Assembly: GCA_040954595.2 (NCBI GenBank)
Contig: CM082588.2
Location: 3,184,513 to 3,248,512 of the forward strand
Reading direction: 5' to 3'
DNA: 64,000 nucleotides
DNA from: Balanoglossus misakiensis
Lineage: Eukaryota; Animalia; Hemichordata
Made by a program: the position numbers and the translations under genes. Positions within the stretch are counted from its first letter, which is position 1. Every line of letters begins with the position of its first letter. Of this stretch, positions 24,663 to 37,726 are shown in pieces. Below the pieces are notes generated by a model. It was not told where the DNA came from, did not search any database, and saw nothing but the letters and a program-made list of their open reading frames with translations.

Positions 24663-27600
24663 CAAAGTTTGCAAAGTCAAGTATTTGTCATCTTTTTACA
24701 ATTTTCATGAGCTATAGCCCATGAATAATGTCCCAACATGACAAAATCACCAAAGTTTGCAAAGTCAAGTATTTGCCACCTTTTGACAAATTTCATGAGC
24801 TATAACCCATGAATAATGTCCCAACATGACAAAATCACCAAAGTTTGCAAAGTCAAGAATTTGTCATCTTTTGACAACTTTCATGAGCTATAACCCATGA
24901 ATAATGTCCCAACATGACAAAATCACCAAAGTTTGCAAAGTCAAGTATTTGTCATCTTTTGACAACTTTCATGAGCTATAACCCATGAATAATGTCCCAA
25001 CATGACAAAATACCCAAAGTTTGCAAAGTCAAGAATTTGCCATCTTTTGACAACTTTCATGAGCTATAACCCATGAAAAATGTCCCAACATGACAAAATA
25101 CCCAAAGTTTGCAAAGTCAAGAATTTGCCATCTTTTGACAACTTTCATGAGCTATAACCCATGAAAAATGTCCCAACATGACAAAATACCCAAAGTTTGC
25201 AAAGTCAAGAATTTGCCATCTTTTGACAACTTTCATGAGCTATAACCCATGAAAAATGTCCCAACATGACAAAATCACCAAAGTTTCCAAAGTTGGGAAT
25301 TTGCCATCTTTTGACAATTGTCATGAGCTATAACCCATGAAAAATGTCCAACAATGACAAAATCACCAAAGTTTCCAAAGTTGGGAATTTGCCATCTTTT
25401 GACAGCTTTCATGAGCTATAACCCATGAAAAATGTCCCAACAAGACAAAATCACCAAAGTTTGCAAAGTCAAGAATTTGCCATCTTTTGACATTTTTCAT
25501 GAGCTATAACCCATGAAAAATGTCCCAACATGACAAAATCACCAAAATTTGCAAAGTCAAGAATTTGTCATCTTTTGACAACTTTCATGAGCTATAACCC
25601 ATGAAAAATGTCCCAACATGACAAAATCACCAAAGTTTGCAAAGTCAAGTATTTGTCATCTTTTGACAACTTTCATGAGCTATAACCCATGAATAATGTC
25701 CCAACATGACAAAATCACCAAAGTTTGCAAAGTCAAGTATTTGTCATCTTTTGACAACTTTCATGAGCTATAACCCATGAATAATGTCCCAACATGACAA
25801 AATACCCAAAGTTTGCAAAGTCAAGAATTTGCCATCTTTTGACAACTTTCATGAGCTATAACCCATGAAAAATGTCCCAACATGACAAAATACCCAAAGT
25901 TTGCAAAGTCAAGAATTTGCCATCTTTTGACAACTTTCATGAGCTATAACCCATGAAAAATGTCCCAACATGACAAAATACCCAAAGTTTGCAAAGTCAA
26001 GAATTTGCCATCTTTTGACAACTTTCATGAGCTATAACCCATGAAAAATGTCCCAACATGACAAAATCACCAAAGTTTCCAAAGTTGGGAATTTGCCATC
26101 TTTTGACAATTGTCATGAGCTATAACCCATGAAAAATGTCCAACAATGACAAAATCACCAAAGTTTCCAAAGTTGGGAATTTGCCATCTTTTGACAGCTT
26201 TCATGAGCTATAACCCATGAAAAATGTCCCAACATGACAAAATCACCAAAATTTGCAAAGTCAAGTATTTGTCATCTTTTGACAACTTTCATGAGCTATA
26301 ACCCATGAAAAATGTCCCAACATGACAAAATACCCATAGTTTGCAAAGTCAAGAATTTGTCATCTTTTGACAACTTTCATGAGCTATAACCCATGAAAAA
26401 TGTCCCAACATGACAAAATACCCAAAGTTTGCAAAGTTGGGAATTTGCCATCTTTCGACAATTTTCATGAGCTATAACCCATGAAAAATGTCCCAACATG
26501 ACAAAATCACCAAAATTTGCAAAGTCAAGATTTTGTCATCTTTCGACAATTTTCATGAGCTATAACCCATGAAAAATGTCCCAACATGACAAAATCACCA
26601 AAATTTGCAAAGTCAAGAATTTGTCATCTTTTGACAACTTTCATGAGCTATAACCCATGAAAAATGTCCCAACATGACAAAATCACCAAAGTTTGCAAAG
26701 TCAAGAATTTGTCATCTTTTGACAACTTTCATGAGCTATAACCCATGAATACTGTCCCAACATGACAAAATCACCAAAGTTTGCAAAGTCAAGAATTTGT
26801 CATCTTTTGACAACTTTCATGAGCTAAAACCCATGAAAAGTGTCCCAACATGACAAAATCACCAAAGTTTGCAAAGTTGGGAATTTGCCATCTTTTGACA
26901 ACTTTCATGAGTTATAACCCATGAAAAATGTCCCAACATGACAAAAAACCAAAAGTTTGCAAAGTTGGGAATTTGCCATCTTTTGACAACTTTCATGAGC
27001 TATAACCCATGAAAAATGTCCCAACATGACAAAATCACCAAAATTTGCAAAGTCAAGAATTTGTCATCTTTTGACAACTTTCATGAGCTATAACCCATGA
27101 ATAATGTCCCAACATGACAAAATCACCAAAGTTTGCAAAGTCAAGTATTTGTCATCTTTTGACAACTTTCATGAGCTATAACCCATGAATAATGTACCAA
27201 CATGACAAAATACCCATAGTTTGCAAAGTCAGGAATTTGTCATCTTTTGACAACTTTCATGAGCTATAACCCATGAAAAATGTCCCAACAAGACAAAATC
27301 ACCAAAGTTTGCAAAGTCAAGAATTTGTCATCTTTTGACAACTTTCATGAGCTATAACCCATGAAAAATGTCCCAACAAGACAAAATCACCAAAGTTTGC
27401 AAAGTCAAGAATTTGTCATCTTTTGACAACTTTCATGAGCTATAACCCATGAAAAATGTCCCAACATGACAAAATCACCAAAGTTTGCAAAGTCAAGTAT
27501 TTGTCATCTTTTGACAACTTTCATGAGCTATAACCCATAAATAATGTCCCAACATGACAAAATCACCAAAGTTTGCAAAGTCAAGTATTTGTCATCTTTT

Positions 27601-27794
27601 GACAACTTTCATGAGCTATAACCCATGAAAAATCTCCCAACATGACAAAATCACCGAAGTTTGCAAAGTCAAGTATTTGTAATCTTTTGACAACTTTCAT
27701 GAGCTATAACCCATGAAAAATGTCCCAACATGACAAAATAACCAAAGTTCACAAAGTCGGAAATTTCTCATCTTTTGACTGTTTTCATGAGCTA
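24663..27794 (+). repeat. Satellite array, 88-bp unit, ~35 copies (right array), same family as 17954-19258
   Basis: Unit ACAAAATCACCAAAGTTTGCAAAGTCAAGAATTTGTCATCTTTTGACAACTTTCATGAGCTATAACCCATGAAAAATGTCCCAACATG; period 88 from 24741 to 24829. Shares CATGAGCTATAACCCATGAA with the left array in the same orientation. Confidence 0.97.
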
Positions 27795-27940
27795 AAATTG
27801 TCAAACAATGACAAAATTTGCCGTTTTTTGACAATTTCCACGAGCTAAGTGCAAATTGACAAAGCTAATCATGCAGTTGGACATCTTTGGAAACACAGCT
27901 ATTAGTGGGCGATGGCCTCTGCTGGTTATTGGTGGGAGAA

Positions 27941-27967
27941 CCCCCCCCCCCCCCCCCCCCCCCCCCT
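27941..27967. repeat. Poly-C tract
   Basis: About 26-27 consecutive C. Confidence 0.9.
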
Positions 27968-30733
27968 GACCACCACCATGTTTCAAAAACTACATGCACA
28001 TGTGGGACTGTAGCATTGGATTCGGAGCGTCCAGAACACGGTCATCAATTTGCATACATGTTACATATTAAATAATAAAAGTGCGAGTAGTGGGGAGAAC
28101 AGTCGAAGCCCCATTGCAGAGCGACTAGCGAGCACCCTCGCTAACGCGTATATAAGTTGTACGAATTCGCTATACCTTACCTTATTGGAAAAGTACACGT
28201 GTTGATTTCAAGCCTATGGGCGCCGCCATATTGCTTTGTCAATTTCACCGCTTCTTGACGTGAAACCAATGCAGGAATTCCACACCAATCCTACTCAGAT
28301 GCATTTCGACTTCAAGATGAACACAAACAATGGAAATTTCGTTGGAAAAGGAACATTTTAACGCGTTTCAGGTCAAATCAGTGCCCAGCACCACACAGGG
28401 AACACCATCTTGAAACACGCCACCTCGCGGGAGATGTAATAAATCTCTCGAAATAAGTGTACAGTGCGCCACCAACTTTAGCACTCACAAAACGATTGAC
28501 TACCAAGACGCAATTCGTGGTTATTACATACTATATCCTTACATGTAGAATAATGTTGAAAAAACAGTGTTACAATATTATCATTGTAATTTTCACTATA
28601 GGTGCCCAAAAAGATATATTATTAATGTATAGACACAGACATGAGAGAATATACATTTACCGAATGTTTACGAGATGATGAATTGATAGTCATTATGAAA
28701 TCGGTAGTAAAACTGCCTCATTGATTTGTACTCACGAGGCATGACTGATGTACTATTAACGAGTATGTGTGTATTCTCCGAAGACAGACGCACAAATCGG
28801 AACTTTACCAGAGACAGCAACCTCTTCATGGTCCGCTTGTTTGCGCACGACCGAAACCATTTGACCCAGATCTATCGCAGCACCAGGCGAATCGCTGGTG
28901 TCTAATTTGGCATGCTGAGTGGTACGTGATTTCCCTGCCTTCTCTTGGCGGCGAAGGCAGTCTTGTTTCCCCTGTGCCGATGACTGTTCTTAATGACGTG
29001 CATGCACGCACGCACGCACTGGCATACATACATACATGTTATTTGAGAGTTGTAGCTGAGCTCCGGCCAAACCAGCTTCAATTCCGTTCATTATTGTTAC
29101 ATGATGGGGAACAAACTATTAACGTACATGTACGGTGTACGCCCCGCGACTAAATTGCATCGTCTTTGATAAAAGCTTTGGTCAATGGGGGTTCTCGGAA
29201 GAGAGAAATGAGCTGAATTCAATCATTTATTACATCTTTATGATCGTTCTCTATCTCTAAGAGAAAAAAAGTCCACTTGTCATAGTCATTGGCGTCAGTG
29301 GAGGCAGGCCTAATTGTTGTTAAACACGCAACAACTGGTAATATGAGAAAAATTACATCGACCAGAACATACTTTCGGCGAGCATTTAGAATCCGGGAGC
29401 GAGAAAAAGCATTCTGTATTATGTAGTCGTTACACGCAATAATTGATCCTAACCGCAGACGGCATCGGACTGGGAAGGTAACCCATTGCAGCGGACTGTT
29501 ACATGAAGGCTGCTGACAGAGTATAGATACACCTATCTCCACGTTATAACTTGACTCAAAAAATAACTACTGTAGGCTATAACAAGGTGACCTTTGTTGA
29601 TATGTTTTCATGGCATCAAATGTTAACATTTACATGTATTGACGTTTCCGTTGCTTTCAACTGAAAATCCAATATTTTATGCAATGCGTTAGCAGGCATA
29701 TACACAAAACGTACAGTAGTATACCACTATTATAGTCCAATAAACTGAGTCATCTCAGTCCCATTTGTCTTCCACACACAAAAAAACTCCAAGCGAACGA
29801 TTTGTTATATCCGCTTTTTTGATAGTTCCATGGAGACCAAAAGACAGGTAGAGCGTAAGCGATGCAACAATTCACCAACGTGGAATCTTGGGATATGGAA
29901 TCTGGGCCTAGAATGATCAGATAAATGCCCATGACCACAGCCACTGTTTGCTCTATATAAATGTGCTAAAGTTATGCGGCCACATTTAATATACACGTCT
30001 CTATAATGGCCAAACGGGCGTGTCTAGGTGTCTGTTCGAATAAATGGCCATATGGTGGCTCACTTTTTTCACAATCTGTTATTGGTTACCGTTATACTAG
30101 TATTTGAATTGTCCATGGTAACAGTGACCGTGTACGTTTGACATCGTCGTCTGTAATATCTCAGCCGCGCAATGTGACCTTTAGAAAAAGTGAAACTTTT
30201 CAACTTGAAAGTATATCTTATGCCCTCATTCATACCTCCCAATGTTTCTGGTGCCCTGTGCTTTTCGTTCTTGGGTGGTCTGCGCCCAGCCATGGAAAGT
30301 TTCCCATGCGGAATCTTCTACTTCCATCGCAAGATGATCGATACCAACACATCTCGGCGCTCCCCCAATCGGCGTCCGTAACACCTGGCACGTTCACCTT
30401 TCCACGCGGCGATCCAATACAAGACTTTCCACCGTTGTCCAGGTAACAATCGAATCGGACGAGCTAGAAAAAAAAACACCATCGATAACTCTGTCAATCG
30501 TTCACGCAATAAATGTTATCGCAATCACTTTCGCTTTGATGACAAGGACGGGGCCCTTTGGAAAGTGCGAGAGGATTGTTCAGTGATTAAATATGATGTT
30601 TCTCCCTGAGTTCACTCTGAGCTGCAGATAGCATATCGCTACTGATGTAAACCAGAGCAAACAAACCCATTGCTGGCTGCATGTATAAGTCCATGCCTCT
30701 TGGTGAGAATGACTGTTATTGGCGGTGATAGCA

Positions 30734-30783
30734 TAGTACCCGTGGATACTAAACGCCCTAGTACCCGTGGATACTAAACGCCC
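30734..30783 (+). repeat. Perfect 25-bp tandem duplication
   Basis: TAGTACCCGTGGATACTAAACGCCC x2. Confidence 0.9.
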
Positions 30784-33700
30784 ATTAACCGCGAACGAAT
30801 AAAATTCCTCTATCGCTCTCGTTTGATCGTACAGAGATGAAACTGCAGAAGAATTCCAGCACTGCGTGTTTCATCCGATTTTAATGGTGCGTTCGGCAGA
30901 TAACTACACTTGATCACATTTTTCGCACTTCTATATATCTGCTACATTTTATCATCAGATTTTGTGGTTACCGATTTTTCCCTGAGAATCATTTTAACGC
31001 TCCTCTTCTATCATCCGAAAGATGAAAAGCTAATAAACCCGTACATTCACAATTGTGAGACTCGTTTAAGTTGAATGTCTGATGGACGGTTAATTGACAG
31101 AATAATACTTGTCTACTCTTCCTCCAAGAGTCCCGACTTTTGATGATTTTACAGTGATGTACAATGATGAGCCATGCATTTAGATCGACAACAGTAACTG
31201 TTGCGCTATGTCAGCAGCTACAAGGCTCGTTACCGAATTTTGTCAAAGTGTCAACTTTGTGCTGCATCCGCTTTGATTGTGATAGACGAGCGCAGCAAAG
31301 CGGTGCGATGGATGGTCGTCTGGCATAAGTGTCTTTCAGATCGGCGACAAACAAGTCAATGGGTTATCTGACTTCACGCGATGTTCGATAAGTCAGGTTG
31401 CTCAAGGGGGGCACGGAACGCCATTCTCTGTGTAGTTCCCACGCAAGCAGTACACAGTTTGCGTTCCATCAAAAACTTGGTTTACTTTGGGTGCGAGGGA
31501 ACTTTCAGATATTATGAGAAGGGTGGACCGGGGAGGGAAATTGGGGGGCGGTCCATGATGTAAAGTGTGCTTCCCCACATATAGAAATTGTGGCAACCCC
31601 CTGAGACTGCTCTCGTTGCCATGGGAAACGGAGAAGATGGGAGCGTCGCCTCTAGGCAGCTGTGGTTATCGACATTCTGACGCACAATTGTTGCGCCAGG
31701 CACCGCCCTGCACTTATTGATCCTGAGGGACAATCTTTAAAAAACCAACAAATCTTGCGTGTGCGGAAAACGAGATGATTCCATCCGCATGGTACAATAT
31801 TAGTTTCACTCTGTAATTAATTATATTTTGCAGCGTTGGAGACTGAATTGTTCCAGCGATTGATCTGCGTCAGATTTCTTTCATTTGTTATCTGTGGAAG
31901 AACAGGAGCAGTAAGTGGGCCGGGATTGGTCTTATATTACAATGCCAACATTGACAGAACCATTCGCGATGTCTGATAGATGTTAAAAGTGATATGCCAC
32001 GCTTTTGTCATGCGCTGTTCAGGAGACATGAAGGCCTCGGTCTCGTCATTAGCCAAGGTTTCGTTTACTAAAATCACACAAGGCATTATTGGCCAGTTCA
32101 TACCATATAATGATTAATTTTATCCTGACTCTGACCTTTGACATTTTTTCTTATTCTGCCAAATGCCAGAAGATTTATGGCTAACTCATACAATGGCGTA
32201 CATTTTGATTAAGTACCTATCTACTTTAATAGTCACCCTTTTGGTTTCTGTGGTCTTCCGTACATCCAACGTAATCGTTTGGTCGATGCACGTTGTTTGA
32301 ATTGCTATTACAGTTGCTTCAATCAGAGGGATTGATTCCACTCTCACGGATTCAAGACAAGTCAGTGATAATCATAATTGTGGAGGGAATTTCCTCAGCC
32401 GTGTCGAATACTGTCTCAAAAATTACTAAACAATCAGGTCAAGTCTTGGACTGATGCTTGAATTAGACATCCAACTCGCAAAGGATTATATCTCGCTGGT
32501 ATTGTTGGAAAGGGCTCTAACAAAACTTGCACGTCAAAAGATTTGTACGTCTTTACTCTGACATGTGTCGCCTGGGGTGCACGCTTTGCTTTAAGATGTA
32601 CGAGACAAAGTTTGCAAAGCAACTAAACATCTGCTAAATCACCCAATACCCAAAGGTGATCACCCTAATACGCGTCTTTGAGAAGCAATCGATGTCCATA
32701 CGTCAACAAAACGTGCAGATGAAATGGATCCTGTCCAAACGGTTAAGTACCATCTGATCCTGGTTTGAACTGATTTCTTTTTAAAATCTCTTTATCGGAG
32801 TTCTGCCTTTTGGTCATCGTCTTATTATTCTGGGCCTGCAGTACACAGTTCAGCTTCATTCAACTCAGCAATGAATCATACTACTACTACATAAAATATA
32901 TGACAACAATAATCCTATCATGTAACTCGTAAATAATTCTTATTTCATTCGTAAAAGAATCACATGAGCATTTAAAAACTGAAATGGCTCAAGGGCTGCT
33001 GTCGACATCTGCATAGTTAAAGTACAATGATACATTTCATATGTCTATTGGCATATATCACAACCAAGATAAAATCTCCTGTTTTCGGTTGTTCTGGGGA
33101 CCATAAATCAATGAACAAGTGTTAAATATTATATTTAAAATTACCTATTCCGAAGAGCTTTTCTGTTTTCTGTCGAGAGTGGTGCTCCATAGGGCTGTAG
33201 TACCCGCAATTAAAATAAATCATACTTCTTGCTCCTTTCCTATGAAGAAAAGCAAACATGTTCGTTTAAGGATATTTTTCAATAAATATACATTTTACAC
33301 ATTTTCAATAAACAACGACCATTGCCATGGATACCGTAGCTTTAGCCTGCTCTTCAGTTAGAAGTCACCATAGCTACAACTATTTTCGTTGTCAACTTTA
33401 TCAAGTCATTGACGAGAGATCATAAATCTTGCTAAGTAGAGGTGACAGCATTTCCTGGGGCGAGTTTTGAATTCTGTGTTTGCACAGGATTGTCGAGTCT
33501 GTTGCAGGATTTCAGCCTGGAGATCAAAATCAACTTTTTGAAATTTCACACGCCGCATCCAAAGTGAAATATGTAACCATAGACGTGAACAGCTGTATCT
33601 TTCCGAATTGGGTAGTTTGTGTTTACATGAAATGTAAACCTTTACAGTTTAGGAGGCTTTAAGACTGAAACACTTGTACCCAATCCGGTATTATTAATGG

Positions 33701-36700
33701 CCTTTGCAATATTGATAGTACTGTGGCCGTAAATTACACGCTTCAGACAGTAGCCACAACTTATCAAGCAAAGGTTACAATGGTTTACAGATCTTTAATA
33801 GCATTTATGGGTCACTTGATAATCTAGTGATTTCTCTTGACATTCCATGTCCATTGCGCGTTCTCATTTCAAAAACAGACAAATTTTACATTTACAAGTA
33901 TAGGGTGTTTTATAGCATAAACATTACCGTGATTGATACGTGCACGTTTTGCCCCTTTGGGGATTGTGAGTATTTCATGGTTTTGCAACCAGGAATATGT
34001 GCCTCCTTTCGAAATATTTAACATACTTGTGAGATTTATTTCTCGGTGACGTCATCAGCAAGCAAGCATGAGTAGAGTCGTTCCATGCATTTAATGAAAA
34101 AACGAATGGATCTGACTTTATTTCATGATCCAAGACAGGTAATTTATTACTTATTAAACTTTTTTTCAATGTATCGTTTCTCGTTATTACGATAGACAGC
34201 AGTATGAGATCCATCAATGTACACGCTCGTTTGTATGTGTCGATCTCAGCTTGAAATGTTCTTATTGGTCGCGAAACGAAGCCATCATGCAGAAAACGCT
34301 CTTTGTGACCGAAAGAACGACACAAGTAGAAATCGGTACAGACACATTCTACTTTGGCGGAGTTTCTTTTCTGAACGAATGCCCCTTCAACGCGGTATTT
34401 GCTACAGAAGGAGATGTTGATATGTTTAAATATTAGTCCGGCTATGAATCATATGGCAGCATTAATATGGTCAAGTAGGCCACTCACTAGAGCTGTTATC
34501 ACTATTCATCTCCCAGTAGTGTTAACGAACACTTGTGAAGTCCTATAACGACGGGGCCTTAAACTCGCCTGTCGATACTTTCTCGTTTAAGTGCTTTATA
34601 GACGCTTTTTCATCGCAGAGTGGTTGTGTAACTAAGTGCTGATTTCAATCTTTGGAGAGATGTCTGAGCCCAGCTCTCTATAATGACAAGGATTTAGAAA
34701 CCTAACCGACTCCATTCTTCTCAGTTGCCTAAGTGAATGCAAATGAAGTGGTATACCCCACCCAATCGGTGTGTAGAACTTTGGTGTCATTATAGCGCCA
34801 CTCGCAAATCTTGCCGCCGATAAAAATGTCCAGACAACATGTATTACTTGTATATATTTCACATAACAGTTGAACACCTATCATTATTCTTTAGAACGTT
34901 TATGCAGGAATCCAATCTAAAATTAAATGAATGTCTACTCATTAAAATATTTCTGTTTAAACGCAGTGGATGGACTATGACACACACGTTTACGTGACAA
35001 TACCAGTAATACTTCCATGACAATAATCATATACTTATTTCAGCAGAACACTGTACATTATCATTTACTATGTAAATTAGGTTAAATTAGGTTAAGTAAT
35101 AAAAATGCAGAGGCTTTCACACGTCGTTTAATCTGAATGAACATTGACTCCTAAATCTAGTCTTGTTGTGGTATAATTCCGACTTTTACAGATTGTTTCA
35201 TTTTTTCCGTGTAAAGTTCAATAGTTAGAATCGTTAAATGTGTGTCGCGTTTCTCGCTAGAAATTCCGTCACCCTTCCTATGACGTCACGATTGTGCCTG
35301 GCATAATAGACGTCGGTCTAAATTCTGGTGACACGCTTTAGTCCCTGGCGTTATAATGCACAAAGTTCATCGGCGACGATTGAGATGGCTGTTTGTCACA
35401 TTCTCTAAGATTTCTCGGGGAATGAAAGTGTAATGCACCTGCTGGTGATAGGGCTCGCGTTTGTCAGAACGCCTCCTCTTATCGATGGCTTGTCGATTCA
35501 TCATCTCTCCAGCGGACAGATGGCGGGCCCTCGCGTCCATTGAAATGCCATTATCAAAGCGAGTCCCACTTTTCCGTGTCATTGAATTTCTGAAAGAACC
35601 GCGCGCGTCTGGTATTATCCGACGTCGTCTAAATTTTCAATTAAAACCGGAGAAACGTGTTCCTTACTGGCAACAGACCCTGCTGTATGTAATTACAGAA
35701 GTCTTAGGCATCAACAGACCCATCGAGGCAACGATAAGCTCATAGGATTGCAACAAGAATAACCTCGTTCGTATAAGGCCACGTACATGTGTACACATGT
35801 ACATGATAGCACCATGAAATGCACATTTTCTCTGATTTTGATACGCTTAATGTGACAGAAAGTATATCATACTGGTCCACGTGAACAGCGAATGGGGAGG
35901 ATGCACGTGTAATTTATTCAGGGGGTGTGATATGCAGTTTTCACTTTCTGATCAACAAAATATCACTGCAAGGTAATATGAAGATCGCGCGTTAGTTTTC
36001 TTGGGGGAAAAACACGCGGCGTCTGTCATCTCAAATCACTCAGCCATCACGCGCGTTCAGAAGATCCCTCTCTTTATCCACCAGCGGCCGTTCTCTCTCG
36101 CAACACCGATCTAATCAGAGGGAAAATTGAAAAGGTGATGCCCTGGTAAAATATGTTACATTATTGAACCGTCGAAATCCGCGCCGATAAAGAGAGATTG
36201 TATCACCGAATGCAATGCAATTACTATTCTGGGGGATTTTCGCCGTCCTTCTATAATATATTATTTCATGAAATACGGTCTGAAAATGCAGTGATTAGAA
36301 GCGCTCGCCTTTCTCTTTTGGTATATTTACTTTCGATAAGGTAATTTTATTGTTAAGTATATCAAATGATTGGGATTAGCGTGCCTAAGCGTTCCCTGTG
36401 TGTTATAGAGTAGGGATTTTCATAGTCTTCCGGTAATTAGGAGTGAGGTATAAGAAGGTAATTGGGTTCAAAGGTCACCCCAAATCGTTTCCTTTCATAC
36501 CTGGACACGCAAACCGGAAGCACCCCTCGCCATCAACCTTTCAGAAGCATCTCATTTTGTTCCACCATTTAAAAGACAACTCGTCTAATCATTGGTCTGA
36601 CATCCTGGATATTAGGAAACTGCTGAATGATAGGAAATATACAGGGGGATTTTGGATGGGGGGAATTTAATATCGACGTGCTCGCGCGCGCGAGAATGTC

Positions 36701-37659
36701 ACGGTTGCCGGGAGCCTTGCTTGTTTTTTCATCGGGCGCACACAACCATTTATCGACGATGATGCTTCAGTGGACGGCGCTGAAGAAGAGTTTTAGATTA
36801 AATTCCGCGGTTGATGAGCAGATAGCTCTTGGCAAGTAGGCTGGTTTTTATGCCGGCTCTAACCAAGGCGCGCGAGGCGGTGATATACGTCAGCGTGCCC
36901 TCTCGAGACTACTGGTCTTTACACGCGCCCGTTCGATCTTGCCAGTGATGACGTAGCATGGAATGGCACACCCTGGCGACGAAATAAAAATCGCATTCGT
37001 GGCCAATGCTGAGTACTCATTACCTGACGGTCATATTTCACGGCAATAAATTATATATGCACACCAACTGTTTCTGTCAGGTCATTTCGCTAAGTCTTTT
37101 ACCCCCACAATATATTTCAGGCACAATGCTCAAAGCACTGCTCCCATACGTTGACTTATATCAGTTTAGCAGAGAGGGGCCGCTTAGCAAAATTAATAGG
37201 GCTGTTTTTATAGATCTAGGCATTGATACTTGTTTGACATTGCAATACGCCTGTCTGTAGCAAACATGATTGCTTCCGTTTCGGTTGACACCCTTAAATC
37301 CCTGGGTTTCCTTCGTATTGAGCACATTTTCACTTCATAACCGCTTCTGTCTTCCCTAATCTGCTTGTCTGCCCGTCTGTCTGTCTCTTTCTAGTACAAC
37401 CACATACGATCTATGCTGTTTGCGCTTTGTCCCTCAGAATTGCTAACACAAACAAGTTGGCTGGTGTCTCAATAATTTTCCGTGTCAATACGCACTGATT
37501 CTCCCGTCTGTAAGTGTTTGTCTAAAACGACCTAGTTTATACGACACTTCATCCGTGTAGGCGATCGTTTCATTGACGCAGGATGTCAATATGACATGCC
37601 CTTCCGTCGAATAGCTTTAATTTTGAAGGGTCTGCACGACTGCGCATGTCCCTTTTTCG

Positions 37660-37726
37660 AATGGGGTGAGTAATACCGTTACTCGACTAAGGCAATGGGG
37701 TGAGTAATACCGTTACTCGACCAAGG
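37660..37726 (+). repeat. 34-bp tandem duplication
   Basis: AATGGGGTGAGTAATACCGTTACTCGAC(T/C)AAGG x2. Confidence 0.9.

Noticed and set aside
17954-27794. CRISPR-like appearance (palindromic constant box at regular spacing)
   Set aside because: The intervening sequences are near-identical rather than unique spacers, there are no cas genes, and the context is eukaryotic. This is a satellite.
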